DNA of 64,000 nucleotides from an uncultured cyanobacterium. Lineage in GTDB: Bacteria > Cyanobacteriota > Cyanobacteriia > CAKZMO01. Both the position numbers and the translations under genes were made by a program. Positions 49,379 to 60,253 of this stretch are shown here, piece after piece (the first letter of the stretch is position 1; every line of letters begins with the position of its first letter). Below the pieces are notes generated by a model. The model was not told the origin of the DNA. It saw only the letters and a program-made list of their open reading frames with translations, and ran no database searches. The stretch covers positions 32,001 through 96,000 of the forward strand of contig CAVRCJ010000011.1 of the NCBI GenBank assembly GCA_963719515.1, in the 5' to 3' direction.

Positions 49379-51097
49379 TTAACGGGGCCGGATGCTCCGG
49401 TAGCGATCGCCCCGAATCTTATCTAGCACATCGTACACCTGCCGCTCACCGACCCCCATCGTCAGCAGCACGTGGGCTCCTAGCTCTAGCGCCGCCTCAA
49501 ACTCCGGCTGTACCACCTCACGCGCGCCCATCTGCGCCAGTAGGTCAATCTCCTTGTCGGTGTGGGAGCGGGCAATCACGTCCAAATCGGGGGCCACCTC
49601 CAGCGATCGCTGCAGCAGCCGCCGGGTACTGCCAGGGTCAGGGAGGGCGATCGCTAGCGCCTTGGCCGTCTCCAAGTGGGCGCGCTCCATCACAGGCTCA
49701 GCGTCCGCGTCGCCAAAGATATAGGGAATGCCCTGCAGCCGCAGCCGCTGCACCGCCGCCTCGCTGTTTTCGATGACCAGCAGCGGATAGCCCTGGCTCC
49801 GCAAGATGTTGACGATCACCTGGCCGACGCGCCCGTACCCCGCCACGACGACATGGTCTCGAATCGCGTCGGGAATTAGCAGATCTTTAGGCTCCGAGAG
49901 CCGCTTGAGATAGCGGGGAAGCGGAATCTTGTCGAGGTGGGGATTAATCAGAGTTGCCGCATTGATCCAGGCGGGAGTGAGGATTAGGGTAATAGCGGTG
50001 GTGCCCAGCAGCAGCAGGTATTGCTGCTCCTCAATTAGACCAGTTTGACGTCCCATCAAGGCCAGCACGAAGGAGAATTCGCCAATTTGGTTAAGGCCAA
50101 AGCTGCTGGTGAGGGCCGTGCGGGGGGAGTAGCCAAAGCTGAGAATAATCGGCAGAATGATGGCCGCTTTCCCAATCATGGCGAGGGAAACCAAGCCAAG
50201 AATTAGGGCAAAATTTTGCACCAAAATGTCGGGGTCAATAAGCATGCCGATGGAGGCAAAAAACAGGCTGGCGAAGGTATCCCGCAAAGGCAGCACTTTG
50301 ACCAGCGCATGGTCAGAATAGTCCACCTCAGACAGCATTAGCCCCGCGACAAACGCGCCCATTTCAATGGATAGCCCTAGGGCCGCAGTCACTAGGGCGA
50401 CGCCCAGGCACAGGGCAATCGTTGTCAGCAAAAATAGCTCGCTGCTCTCGGTAGCCGCCACGGCCCGAATCACCCGAGGCACGACCCACCGCCCAAAGGC
50501 GATCGCCCCCACCAAAAACAGCGAAATCTTCAGCAGCGCCCCCCCCAGCGCGCTCCAAAAGTCCTCCGGCTGATTGAGCGTAGGCAGCAGGGCCAGCATC
50601 ACCCCTAGGGCCAAGTCCTGAGCAATCAGTAGGGCCAGCATGATTTGGCCATGGAGGGTATTGGTTTCGCCCCGCTCTGCTAGAGTCTTGAGCACTACGG
50701 CAGTAGAGGAAAGAGAGAGCACCGCTCCCAAAAAGATGCCCTCTGAAATTCGGTCAACCCAGCCAAAGCCCACGACGGCAGTTGCCACTAGCGCAATGGT
50801 GAGCCCAATCTGCATTAGGCTGCCCTGAAGAGCGATGCGCCGCACCCGGCGAAAGTTGGCGATGGAGAATTCCACACCCAGGGCAAATAGCAAAAACGCC
50901 ACCCCTATTTCCGCTAGGGATTGAATTTGCGTAACGTCGTTGAGTAGCCCTAAACCAAAAGGACCAACCACCGCGCCGCTGATGATGTAGCCCAGTAGGG
51001 CAGGCTGGCGCAGCCGATGAGCTAGATAGCCCCCTGCCGCGGAGGCTCCCAGGACAAGCGTAAAATCTAAAAGAAGGTCATGTCCGGTTGAAGCCAT
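49379..51097 (-). CDS. CPA2 cation:proton antiporter with TrkA-N domain
   Basis: SLSSTAVV, GAFVAG, FFASIG, GYGRVG. Confidence 0.93.
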   Translation of the reverse strand: MASTGHDLLLDFTLVLGASAAGGYLAHRLRQPALLGYIISGAVVGPFGLGLLNDVTQIQSLAEIGVAFLLFALGVEFSIANFRRVRRIALQGSLMQIGLTIALVATAVVGFGWVDRISEGIFLGAVLSLSSTAVVLKTLAERGETNTLHGQIMLALLIAQDLALGVMLALLPTLNQPEDFWSALGGALLKISLFLVGAIAFGRWVVPRVIRAVAATESSELFLLTTIALCLGVALVTAALGLSIEMGAFVAGLMLSEVDYSDHALVKVLPLRDTFASLFFASIGMLIDPDILVQNFALILGLVSLAMIGKAAIILPIILSFGYSPRTALTSSFGLNQIGEFSFVLALMGRQTGLIEEQQYLLLLGTTAITLILTPAWINAATLINPHLDKIPLPRYLKRLSEPKDLLIPDAIRDHVVVAGYGRVGQVIVNILRSQGYPLLVIENSEAAVQRLRLQGIPYIFGDADAEPVMERAHLETAKALAIALPDPGSTRRLLQRSLEVAPDLDVIARSHTDKEIDLLAQMGAREVVQPEFEAALELGAHVLLTMGVGERQVYDVLDKIRGDRYRSIRPR

Positions 51098-51162
51098 AGG
51101 ATCTCTTGAGGAGGGTGACGGTCACACAACGATATCTAACCCGGACTGTAGCGGACCCAACT

Positions 51163-52530
51163 TCACAGCGGTTTTGGTACTTTAGGTACCATCTTAGTCA
51201 ATTGCCAAAATCGCCATGTGAGCGCTCCCGCTGCGATCGCCAACCCCACTGCGAGCCCCCACCACAACCCTACGCCTCCCCAAGCCAGGCTAAACCCAGC
51301 GCCATAGCCTGCTGGAACGCCTACCATCCAATAGGCAAAGCCCCCAATGGCCATCGGGATGCGGGTGTCTTTTAATCCTCTGAGCGCCCCGGCTGCGATG
51401 ACCTGTAGGCCGTCTGCAACCTGGAAGACAGCGCCCACCGTCAGCAGCGTCACCGCCATAGCGATCACCTCTTGGTTGGCTGGGTCTAAGAGGTCGATGT
51501 ATACCGATACAATCTGCCTGGGCAACAGCAAAATGAGCAGTCCCATCAGTCCCATAAAGCCGCCGCCGAGGCATAGGCAGGCGATACCTGCCCACTGCGA
51601 TGCTCGCCAATCACCCCGACCTAGAGCCTGTCCGACGCGCACCGTAGCCGCTTGAGCGATGCCCAAGGGCACCATGAAGGTGGTGGCCACGGTCTGCAGC
51701 GCAATCTGGTGCGCGGCCAACACCAAGACGCCCATCTGCCCTGCAAAGATTGTCATGATGGTAAACAGTCCCGACTCTAGGGCAGAAAGAATGCCTACCG
51801 GAATGCTGATCCGCAGAAGCTCCTGCAGCTTGTCAAACTGTGGCCGGTGTAGGGTTTGTAGAGGCCGATAGGGCCGGTACCGACGGCCTAGGCTATAGAG
51901 CAGCAGCCCTAGGGTCATGGTCCAGTGAATTACGGTGGTGGACCAGCCAATGCCGGACAGGCCCATCGCCGGAAACCCCCACCGTCCTAGGGCAAGGGCT
52001 TCGTCAGCGATCGCGTTTAGGGCGACCCCTCCCAGGGTAACCACCAAAACAATTCTGGGCTGGGATAGGGCAGAGACAAAGCTGCGCAGGGCTACAAAAA
52101 TTAGCGCCGGGGCATAGGCGGCGGCAGTAGCCCTGAGGTAGAGGCTGGCCAAGGGCACCACTTCCGGAGGCTGCCCCAAGAGCCGCAAAAGGGGAGCCGA
52201 ATTCCACATCAGTAGGCTTACGGGAGCAGCGATCGCCAGCGCGAACCAAATGCCCTGATCGAGCCAGCGGCCTGCCCGCTCGGGTTTTCCTGCGCCATGG
52301 GCCTCAGCAATAAAGGGGCTGATCGTCGACACCAGACTCGTACCCACCACAAGAAACTGCAGGTACAGCACGGCTCCCAAGGCACCTGCTGCTAGGGACT
52401 CGCTGCCCAGGCGGCCCATTACCAGGGTGTCAACAAATCCTGTGGCAGCTTGAGCAAGCTGCGCGCCTGCAAGGGGAAGCGCTAGGGACAGGCATCGCCG
52501 CCCCTCTGTGATCAAAGGATGCTGTCCCAT
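51163..52530 (-). CDS. MATE efflux transporter
   Basis: FVDTLVMG, AAHQIA, RVGQALG, GALRGLKDT. Confidence 0.93.
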   Translation of the reverse strand: MGQHPLITEGRRCLSLALPLAGAQLAQAATGFVDTLVMGRLGSESLAAGALGAVLYLQFLVVGTSLVSTISPFIAEAHGAGKPERAGRWLDQGIWFALAIAAPVSLLMWNSAPLLRLLGQPPEVVPLASLYLRATAAAYAPALIFVALRSFVSALSQPRIVLVVTLGGVALNAIADEALALGRWGFPAMGLSGIGWSTTVIHWTMTLGLLLYSLGRRYRPYRPLQTLHRPQFDKLQELLRISIPVGILSALESGLFTIMTIFAGQMGVLVLAAHQIALQTVATTFMVPLGIAQAATVRVGQALGRGDWRASQWAGIACLCLGGGFMGLMGLLILLLPRQIVSVYIDLLDPANQEVIAMAVTLLTVGAVFQVADGLQVIAAGALRGLKDTRIPMAIGGFAYWMVGVPAGYGAGFSLAWGGVGLWWGLAVGLAIAAGALTWRFWQLTKMVPKVPKPL

Positions 52531-52585
52531 TGGGTGTGGCAATATCTCTAGAAGCGGTGGCGGTAGCGCTACCGCCGACTAAACC

Positions 52586-52810
52586 CTAACTTTCGACGGC
52601 CATAGAATCGTCATCGTCCTCGAAGTTATCTTCGTTGCCCATCAGCTCGTTGATCTCAACGTCTTCTTTGGGCACGTCTTGATCTTCTTTGTCTCGCTCC
52701 ATGAGGCGACCCGACTGCTCTAGCCACTCCAGAATTGTGACCTGACGCTCATTGGAAATAACGCCAGCGGGCTGATTACGGGGATAGTCTCGTAGTGCGG
52801 GGTTCTTCAT
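52586..52810 (-). CDS. DUF3134-like protein
   Basis: NPAL..YPRNQPA, ILEWLEQSGRL, acidic tail. Confidence 0.75.
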   Translation of the reverse strand: MKNPALRDYPRNQPAGVISNERQVTILEWLEQSGRLMERDKEDQDVPKEDVEINELMGNEDNFEDDDDSMAVES

Positions 52811-52976
52811 GTTGTTTGCGGTGTAAGACTGTTGTTATAGAGTTCTACGAAGAGGATTTGCACGGCTCTTGTAAAGAGCATTGTGGCAGTACTCTATGGT
52901 AACGCACCCTCAAGGAGATCACCCTACAGAGTCAGTACAATAGGGGCAAGGCCCAACAAGCGTAGGGAAGGCAAAA

Positions 52977-53564
52977 ATGGCGATGAAAGAAGCATTGCTC
53001 GGGGCGATCGCAGGCACAAATCGGGGACTGCTGGCCGACGCTCAAACTCGAGGTGAAATAGAGCGTACCGTGGCTCAGCTCGAAGCCCAATCTCCCACCC
53101 CAGAGCCGCTGCAGTCGAGCCATCTAAACGGGGTTTGGCGGCTCCTCTACACGACCAGTCAAGAGCTCCTGCAAATTGACCGGTTTCCGCTGTTTAAGCT
53201 CGGTCAGATTTATCAGTGCGTGTTCACCGAGACGGCGACGATATACAACATTGCCGAAGTGCCAGGTCTCCCTTACCTAGACGGTATTGTCAGCGTCTCA
53301 GCAAAGTTTACGGCGGTGTCTTCCCAGCGGGTTAACGTTGCGTTTGACCGGGCCGTCTTCGGCTTGCAGAGCTTAATTAATTACCAGTCTCCCGCTAATC
53401 TAGTGGAGCAGATGCGCTCAGGCTCCCTCACCGCGATCGATTTTCCAATTCGCCAGGGGGAGCAGCAGGGCTGGCTAGAGGTCACCTACCTGGACGCCGA
53501 CCTGAGGGTGGGGCGGGGCAATGCCGGTAGCCTTTTTGTGCTCTCTAAGCGGCCGAGGGACTGA
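52977..53564 (+). CDS. PAP/fibrillin family protein
   Basis: NRG, GVWRLLYTT, WLEVTYLDADLRVGRG. Confidence 0.92.
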   Translation: MAMKEALLGAIAGTNRGLLADAQTRGEIERTVAQLEAQSPTPEPLQSSHLNGVWRLLYTTSQELLQIDRFPLFKLGQIYQCVFTETATIYNIAEVPGLPYLDGIVSVSAKFTAVSSQRVNVAFDRAVFGLQSLINYQSPANLVEQMRSGSLTAIDFPIRQGEQQGWLEVTYLDADLRVGRGNAGSLFVLSKRPRD

Positions 53565-53599
53565 GCTGCGCCTGTTCGTTCTAGGACTTCTGCTCTCTT

Positions 53600-53663
53600 C
53601 TAGTAAGCCCAGACTCTAGCAAGCCCAGACTCTAGCAAGCCCAGACTTTAGTAAGCCCAGACT
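53600..53663. repeat. 16-bp tandem repeat x4
   Basis: (C/T)TAG(T/C)AAGCCCAGACT, contiguous. Confidence 0.92.
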
Positions 53664-53669
53664 GCCGCC

Positions 53670-54428
53670 ATGCCCCTCCGGCTCTCCCAAACGCACCTCA
53701 GCGTCCTAACGCTGTGTCCGCGCAAATTTCAGTACCTCTACCTCGACCAAATCGGCGGCATTGCGCCGCCAACCCAGCAGCAAGTTTGGGGAAATCAGTT
53801 TCATCAGCTGATGCAGCAGCAGGATTTGGGACTCCCTCTGATTCAGTCTCCCGATCCTCACCTGGCCCGCTGCGTCACTGCGCTGCAGGCCGCCGCGCCC
53901 CACCTATTCGACCGTACGCTAGACCGGCAGAGCGAGTATCGTCTCGGACTGAGGCTGGGCAGTCACGTTCTCGTCGCCGTCTGCGATCGCCTCGTGGTGC
54001 AGAGCGATCGCGCTACCCTCTATGACTGGAAGACCTACGCCCGGCCCCTTTCTTCTCAGCAGCTGGCTCAGAGTTGGCAAACGCGGCTTTACCTGTACGT
54101 TTTGGCGGAAGCGGGGCCATATTCCCCGAGCGCTCTGTCAATGGTCTACTGGTTTGTGCGTCTTACCCCAGACCACCCAGCGCCACAGTCGGTGACGCTG
54201 CCCTACAGCGCCGAGCAGCACCAGCGCACCCACGCTGAACTCACCCGGCTCGTTCAGCAACTTGACCAGTGGCTAGAGCGCTACGACCAGCAGTCCCTGC
54301 CTCAGCTGCCCCTGACATCACCCCACTGCACCACCTGCCCTTTCGCGCTGTGCTGCGATCGCCTCCCTCAGCAGCGTCAGGCCCAGCGTCTGCTGTCGAT
54401 TGACGAGGTGGAAGAGGTGCCGCTCTAG
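53670..54428 (+). CDS. PD-(D/E)XK nuclease superfamily protein (RecB/Cas4-like)
   Basis: CPR, G..FH, YDWKT, QTRLY, C-terminal CxxC...C. Confidence 0.85.
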   Translation: MPLRLSQTHLSVLTLCPRKFQYLYLDQIGGIAPPTQQQVWGNQFHQLMQQQDLGLPLIQSPDPHLARCVTALQAAAPHLFDRTLDRQSEYRLGLRLGSHVLVAVCDRLVVQSDRATLYDWKTYARPLSSQQLAQSWQTRLYLYVLAEAGPYSPSALSMVYWFVRLTPDHPAPQSVTLPYSAEQHQRTHAELTRLVQQLDQWLERYDQQSLPQLPLTSPHCTTCPFALCCDRLPQQRQAQRLLSIDEVEEVPL

Positions 54429-54629
54429 TTCACCCTTTGAGGGTCTGCAATGTGAAAATCTACATGAGAATTGTAAAAAAATATGTTGAAAATCTTAAGA
54501 AATATTGCTAGATTGCAGTAAGAGCCCCTTTAAAGTTGGCAAGCAAAGGTTTTCTATCAAAGAGAAAATCGACGTCCCAACTCGATTCCGGCTCAAAGTT
54601 TTCTCACACACTCATACCCTATCTGCACT

Positions 54630-55001
54630 ATGGTCAATACTGCTAATCCGTTTCCCCTGCCTCCAGGGGTTAAGCCCAAGGTTCGTGTCTATGACCTTAA
54701 AGCCCGTCTAGATTGGGGAGAGCCTGCACTGACAATCCTGGACGTCCGCGATCGCCATCAGTTTAATCAAGAGCACATTATGGGCGCAATTTCCATGCCC
54801 GCTGATGAGCTCAAGGGACAGGTGAAGGCGCTGGAGATGAGCCGCGATATCTACCTCTACGGCGAGACAGACGACGAGACGGCGGTTGCCGCGATCGCAC
54901 TGCGCGAAGTGGGCTACGCTAACGTAGCCGAGCTGCGGGGCGGCTTGGCGGCCTGGAAAGCCGTTGGATATCCGTCTGAGTCGATTGAACCTGCCCGGTA
55001 A
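54630..55001 (+). CDS. Rhodanese-like protein
   Basis: ILDVR..FNQEHIMGA, LRGGLAAW. Confidence 0.9.
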   Translation: MVNTANPFPLPPGVKPKVRVYDLKARLDWGEPALTILDVRDRHQFNQEHIMGAISMPADELKGQVKALEMSRDIYLYGETDDETAVAAIALREVGYANVAELRGGLAAWKAVGYPSESIEPAR

Positions 55002-55066
55002 GCGGCGTCTACAGCTCAGACAAACTAGGTCAGCGGGTGAGTAAGGGGGACAGCATGCCTATCCCC

Positions 55067-57136
55067 CTATTCTTCGATGCGCCAGACGCCGATGGTCGTA
55101 CTCCCCTTGCCGCCCGCGATAATTTGCCAATAGGGATTGCCTGACCGGGCTACGAGGGCGTCAATTAAGGTACCGTCCCAGGGTATCGAATAGCCTAGCT
55201 CTTGGTGCTTCAGGCTCCACACGTTGATCGTCATATCGGCGCTGCTGCTCACCAGGGTTTGGCCATCAGGGCTAACCGCAATAGCGTTGACGTACCCCTG
55301 ATGCCCTGTGAGTCGTCCTGCGGACGTCTGGTCCGCTAGGTTCCACAGGGCAATATCGCGATCTGCGCCGGCGCTGGCCAAAAGCTCGCCATCGGGGGAA
55401 ATGGTGATGTCGTTGATGTATGCCTTGTGATGTGACAGCGACGTCGATTCTTTGGTCTCGATGTCCCAAAGGCGAATGGTTTTGTCCGCCGAGCCGCTAA
55501 TCAACGTGTTGCCGTCGGGCGTAAAGGCGATCGCGTTGACGTAGCTGTAATGTCCTTCTAAAACGTCCAGCGACTCACCCGTGTTTAGGGTCCACAGCCG
55601 AATAGTGTTGTCGGCACTGGCGCTACCGAGAACCCGGCCATCGGGAGTTACTTTGAGGTCGTTGATGGCGCTGCGATGGCCTGTCAACGTCTTGACTAAT
55701 TCTCCGGTGCGGGCGTCCCAAACGCTGATATCGCCGCTAGTGCCGCCGCTGATGATGTAGCGTCCGTCTGGGCTAAAGGTCACCGCCTGAACCCGATTGC
55801 CCTCGTGCCAAAGCGATCGCTGCTCTTGTCCCGTTTGCCAATTCCAGAGCTTGACGGTTTGGTCATCGCTGGCGCTGGCCAGCAGGGTCTGGTCGGGGTT
55901 GAGGGCGAGATCGTTGATTTTGGCACTATGCCCGGTGAAGGTCGCCATGCTGGTATAAGGCGCTTGAGCCTGGCTTGGGGGCGACCCTATGGTCCAAGGC
56001 CAGCGCTGAACCGCAACCCCCGCTACGCAGAGCCCCGCAGCGCCTAAGGCGACCAGCCAGAGCGAGGGGCGCTGGCGGCGCTGCAAAACCGTATTTTGGT
56101 TTTTCAGGCTGGGGTGGGGCGCGGCTTGGGGCGGCTCAGTGATGCTAGACTCTGGCTGGGCTGAGCCATCGGGATGGGAGGCGTTTGAGCCTGTGCCCTG
56201 CGAAGCAACGGGGCGGGCGGGATCCACCGCTATTTGGGCCAGGCGCTGATGCAGCGCCTGGGTATCTTCGGGGCGATCGATGGCGCGAGCCGCCGTCAAA
56301 TCGTCAATTAGATCTGCGAGATCGGACGGAACGTGGGGCGCATAGGGCCGCCAGCTGAATTGATTGGTGAGGGCGTCGTAAATGTCCGGCTCCATAGGCC
56401 GCTGTCCGGTCAGCAAGAACATAAACGTGCAGCCCAAAGCATAGAAATCTGACTGCGGTACGGCCCTGCCTCGCTCCTGCTCTGGGGGGGTGTATCCAGT
56501 AGAACTTACCCGAGTTATGCCGCCGTTTTCTTCTAGACGCGCAAAGTAGGTGCAGGTCATTTCGCGGGCGGCCCCGAAGTCTACCAGTACCAGCTCGCCG
56601 CTGGATCTGAGCATGATGTTTTCGGGCTTGATATCCCGATGAAAATAGCTGTGCTGATGCACTAAGTGTAGGATTTCGACAAGCTGCGTGAGCCAGTCAA
56701 GCGCCAGCACAGCATTGATAGGATGGCTGCCCTGCTGCTGCATCCACTCTCGCAGGTTAGGCCCGTCAATTTTTTCCATGACGATGCAGTGCAGCGTCGG
56801 ACCACCGGACGCTGGACAAAACTGGAAGCAGCCCGTCTCCTCAATATGGGGAATGCCCGGGTGCTGTAGCTGACTCAGCACTCGGGCCTCCTGCTCAAAT
56901 AGCTCCACGACTTTAGCACTGTCGTTGTGAGTTTCTTTGAGCACCTTTAGGAGCTTGGGAACGTCCTGCTCAAAGGCTTCGTAGACGGTGCCAAACCCGC
57001 TGTGGTCGCTTAGCAGCCGCATGATGCGGTAGCGGTCCTGCAAGATCAAAGCCGCACCACACCGCTGACAAACCTGCTGAGTTTGGTTATCAGGGTGGTT
57101 CGGCTCCGGGCAGTGGGGGTTGATGCACAGACTCAT
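55067..57136 (-). CDS. Ser/Thr protein kinase with TM segment and WD40 repeats
   Basis: LCINPHC prefix, HRDIKPEN, DFG, YTPPEQ; WD40 repeats. Confidence 0.93.
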   Translation of the reverse strand: MSLCINPHCPEPNHPDNQTQQVCQRCGAALILQDRYRIMRLLSDHSGFGTVYEAFEQDVPKLLKVLKETHNDSAKVVELFEQEARVLSQLQHPGIPHIEETGCFQFCPASGGPTLHCIVMEKIDGPNLREWMQQQGSHPINAVLALDWLTQLVEILHLVHQHSYFHRDIKPENIMLRSSGELVLVDFGAAREMTCTYFARLEENGGITRVSSTGYTPPEQERGRAVPQSDFYALGCTFMFLLTGQRPMEPDIYDALTNQFSWRPYAPHVPSDLADLIDDLTAARAIDRPEDTQALHQRLAQIAVDPARPVASQGTGSNASHPDGSAQPESSITEPPQAAPHPSLKNQNTVLQRRQRPSLWLVALGAAGLCVAGVAVQRWPWTIGSPPSQAQAPYTSMATFTGHSAKINDLALNPDQTLLASASDDQTVKLWNWQTGQEQRSLWHEGNRVQAVTFSPDGRYIISGGTSGDISVWDARTGELVKTLTGHRSAINDLKVTPDGRVLGSASADNTIRLWTLNTGESLDVLEGHYSYVNAIAFTPDGNTLISGSADKTIRLWDIETKESTSLSHHKAYINDITISPDGELLASAGADRDIALWNLADQTSAGRLTGHQGYVNAIAVSPDGQTLVSSSADMTINVWSLKHQELGYSIPWDGTLIDALVARSGNPYWQIIAGGKGSTTIGVWRIEE

Positions 57137-57240
57137 GTAATATCGACAGCGGTACGGGGTGGGCAGCCTTGGGCTACCCGTATTTTATCTGAGCCCGTCT
57201 CCACTAGCGGTAAGGCGACATGCCTTGTCACATAGCCTTC

Positions 57241-57689
57241 GTGACATACTCCCGACGCTCATCTTTTAGATAGAGCGCGGGCTTCTTGGCTCACGCACCA
57301 CAATTTAATGGATGCCGCGCAAGAAGGTTTCCTGCTTCATCTGGTCCTGTCTAGTTACGCAGCAAGCCGTGCAACCCCGATTAGATCCCATCGACAGGCG
57401 ATTTGTTTAATGTCCAGGCAATGACCAACCTCAGACAGTGACGAGTATTCAATTTCCAGCTACGTTTTCTACCGTCTGCACTGTTCACCAGCCAAGGGCT
57501 GTACGTTTGTGTCAGGATAGCAGGCCGCCGCCATGAAATAGTTTGAGCTTGGTTCAATTGTACCCTTTGCTCGCCTCGGCGCTGCCCTTAATTGCCGCCT
57601 TCGGCATCCAGTCAAGGGCGCACCTCGACTCGCTCGCTTACATCCCGACGCTGATGCTGCGCATACAGCGCGGGGCTTTCACGAACTAG
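57241..57689 (-). mobile_element. Non-autonomous IS200/IS605-type element B, copy 2
   Basis: Reverse complement of 2718-3166 with about five substitutions; inserted after TTAG. Confidence 0.92.
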
Positions 57690-58379
57690 CTAAAAGGCGA
57701 AGTCGGAGCGTAGGGACACCGCCAGATCGCGGCTCGGCTCGACAACCACCACTTCTACCTCCTCATCACCCCCGCCAAATACCAGAATGCCAAGCGCACC
57801 TAAGCCCGCTCCCCCTAGCACTTCGAGGATGTCAATGTCCCCAATAATCTCAGCTAGCACTGCGGCGGCGGCGGCGCCAATCACAGCGCCCTTAATGAAG
57901 TCGGGGTCTTTACCTTCAGTAATCACCTCGGTGCGGGTTACCGGGCCAGACACTGCGTCAATGTCGTAGCTCTGGCCATTGGGAAGCGCAACGCGCTCAG
58001 AGACGAACTGAGTTCCCGGCGTATCGCCCTCTAGGGGTCGCAGTTCGCCCTCAAGCGTGCTCCCAACGGGAATAATCACGGTTCCCGCCCTTGAGCGAAT
58101 ATCCTGGGTCACCGTTAGGGAGAGGGGGGCCGTCTCATCGGGCAAGACGACAATTCGCTCTACAGAATTGCCCTCGTCGTCAACCCCCTCGTAGACCGTC
58201 TCGATGGGCGTCCCCGTCGGTAGCATTACCCGAGCTGAGTCAAACAGCTGGCTCACTCTGACCGGAGAGCGTAGGGATTGGGCTGCGGCAGGCTGCGCCA
58301 TTAAAGGAGCGATCGCGGTTGAGGATACTCCCGCCGCCACTAAAACTGCCGTCATCGATCGCCAATAGGCTGTAAGCAC
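57690..58379 (-). CDS. Exported cyanobacterial protein with glycine-zipper segment
   Basis: Signal peptide; GAVIGAAAAAVLAEIIGD. Confidence 0.75.
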   Translation of the reverse strand: MLTAYWRSMTAVLVAAGVSSTAIAPLMAQPAAAQSLRSPVRVSQLFDSARVMLPTGTPIETVYEGVDDEGNSVERIVVLPDETAPLSLTVTQDIRSRAGTVIIPVGSTLEGELRPLEGDTPGTQFVSERVALPNGQSYDIDAVSGPVTRTEVITEGKDPDFIKGAVIGAAAAAVLAEIIGDIDILEVLGGAGLGALGILVFGGGDEEVEVVVVEPSRDLAVSLRSDFAF

Positions 58380-58595
58380 GGCGAACCTCCTTGCGTTGTC
58401 GTAAAAAATAAGAGCCTTGGCCTAGGTGCGAGCAGTGCGACACACCAGCCGCGACGTCCCTAGACCTTACTTAACCCTTATAGAAGATTTTGCAGCAGCC
58501 TATAGAGGGCCTTGGTCCAGAGCCTCAGCCGTCCCTACCCTTATGCCACCTCAGAAAACTACGCTTTCCCCGCGTGAAGCGAGCTACAAAGCTCG

Positions 58596-59078
58596 TTACG
58601 CCGCCGGAAACTCCGCCGCTAGCGCATCGTCTTGCTCGTCTGCAAGCGTGGCCACAATTGTGATGTTGCGGGAGATTTCTTCTGGCGAGAGATCCACCAC
58701 GGTTCGCATTGTCGAGATGGCTACGCGATCGCCTTGGTCGCTGTTGAGAATGCAAAAGCAGGCTTCGAAGGTGCTAGACCAGTTCATCTCCAGCAGCTTC
58801 CGCATGAGCTTTGACTCCTCCTGTACCGGTAGAGGCAGGACGTCTGACCACACGGTGAAGGTATCGTCGTCTGTCGTGCCGGTGAGCTGCACAAAAACAT
58901 CGACGCTGCCATACTTAAACGTCCAGGTATGCCCCCCTTCGATGCGGCGAACCATAGCGCTGTCGTCTTGCTCCAGGCTACTGATGATAGTTTCGATCAT
59001 GACGACAAGGTCGTCGGGCGTTCTATCGTCTTCCATGTCGGGCTTGGTCGTCATTTCGGCGTCGGCGTTGTATGTCAT
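58596..59078 (-). CDS. YbjN-like domain protein
   Basis: WTFKYGSVDVFV, LLEMNW, ADEQDDAL. Confidence 0.8.
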   Translation of the reverse strand: MTYNADAEMTTKPDMEDDRTPDDLVVMIETIISSLEQDDSAMVRRIEGGHTWTFKYGSVDVFVQLTGTTDDDTFTVWSDVLPLPVQEESKLMRKLLEMNWSSTFEACFCILNSDQGDRVAISTMRTVVDLSPEEISRNITIVATLADEQDDALAAEFPAA

Positions 59079-59198
59079 CGTTGGGAAGTGAAGATCAAAA
59101 GCACCTCCGTCAGTATAACCCTCTGCCGGAGAGCGTCTAAAGTGCCGCAGCTAAAATTCAGTATTCGAAATGCCGTCTCTCAAAGCCTGCATCCTGGT

Positions 59199-59234
59199 GA
59201 AAAAAAATCCCCGACCAAAAGCTGGTCAGGGATT
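59199..59234 (-). terminator. Intrinsic terminator downstream of tatC
   Basis: AATCCCCGACCA..TGGTCAGGGATT stem with a T run on the minus strand. Confidence 0.7.
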
Positions 59235-59350
59235 GAATCAGGGTGCATCTACCACTTCACTATTCCAGGAGAGTAGGGGCGGTCAGGACAAAACGTAAGC
59301 TGTTCGTTTTGTTCAGGGCCAAAGGGTGCGGCATGTCACCCTGGCAGTCG

Positions 59351-60169
59351 TCAATTTGACAGGAGCGATCGCGGGCGAGTGAACAATATCACCAGTCCGA
59401 CACCGCCGAAATATAGCCCCAACACCGCCCCTGCCAACAGGCTTTGGGTGATTGGGTCCGTCGATGGCGTGAGGACAGCCCCCAGCACAACCGCCCCCAA
59501 CAGCACAAACCGCCACCCCGCCAGCATCTGCTTCGCTGAGACAATCTTGAGCGTTCCCAGAAGCAGCTGCACGATGGGAATTTGAAACGCTAGCCCGGTG
59601 CTAAACAGCAGCAGCAGGACAAACTCGAAGTAGCGGTCGATGGACCACAGCTGCTCGACCACGTCGGCCCCATAGCTAATGAAAAAGCTGAGCGCTGCTG
59701 GAATGAGAGCAATGTAGGCAAACCCCAGCCCCGCAAAAAACAGCACGCTAGACCCCATCACAATGGGACCGATGAGGCGACGCTCTCGGCGCGTTAGCCC
59801 CGGCAGTACAAAGCGAATGATGTGATAAAGAATGATGGGGCTAGCCAGCAGTATGCCGCTGTACCCCGCGACCTTCACGGAGACAAAGAAATATTCGCCG
59901 GGGGAAAGCTGTAGAAACTTTGCGCCTTGAGCCGGAACTTCCAGCAGTTCCACAATGCGGTTGACAAACGCAAAGCAGCCCACAACCGAAATCACAACGG
60001 CAATCAGCGCGTAAAAAATCCGCTGGCGCAGCTCCTCAAGATGGTCGAAGAGCGACATCTCGGCGTCTTCAGGAAGTTCGCTCCAGTAATCACCGTTGCT
60101 GTCCGTTTGGGATGCGATCGCATCTGACGGTTCTGCTGACGTTTGCTTGAGGTCGGATGAAAGCGGCAT
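59351..60169 (-). CDS. tatC: Twin-arginine translocase subunit TatC
   Basis: [29 protein letters not shown]. Confidence 0.96.
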   Translation of the reverse strand: MPLSSDLKQTSAEPSDAIASQTDSNGDYWSELPEDAEMSLFDHLEELRQRIFYALIAVVISVVGCFAFVNRIVELLEVPAQGAKFLQLSPGEYFFVSVKVAGYSGILLASPIILYHIIRFVLPGLTRRERRLIGPIVMGSSVLFFAGLGFAYIALIPAALSFFISYGADVVEQLWSIDRYFEFVLLLLFSTGLAFQIPIVQLLLGTLKIVSAKQMLAGWRFVLLGAVVLGAVLTPSTDPITQSLLAGAVLGLYFGGVGLVILFTRPRSLLSN

Positions 60170-60253
60170 AGTCTGAGCAGGGTTGATAAGGGATTTGGGT
60201 TGAAGGGGACTTAGAGCGCCCCGATTGAGCGCGGCTTCAGGAAGGCGACTAGA

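Noticed and set aside
53600..54428. Repeats next to a Cas4-like nuclease as a CRISPR locus
   Set aside because: The 16-bp units are contiguous with no spacers, and no cas1/cas2 or other cas genes are present.
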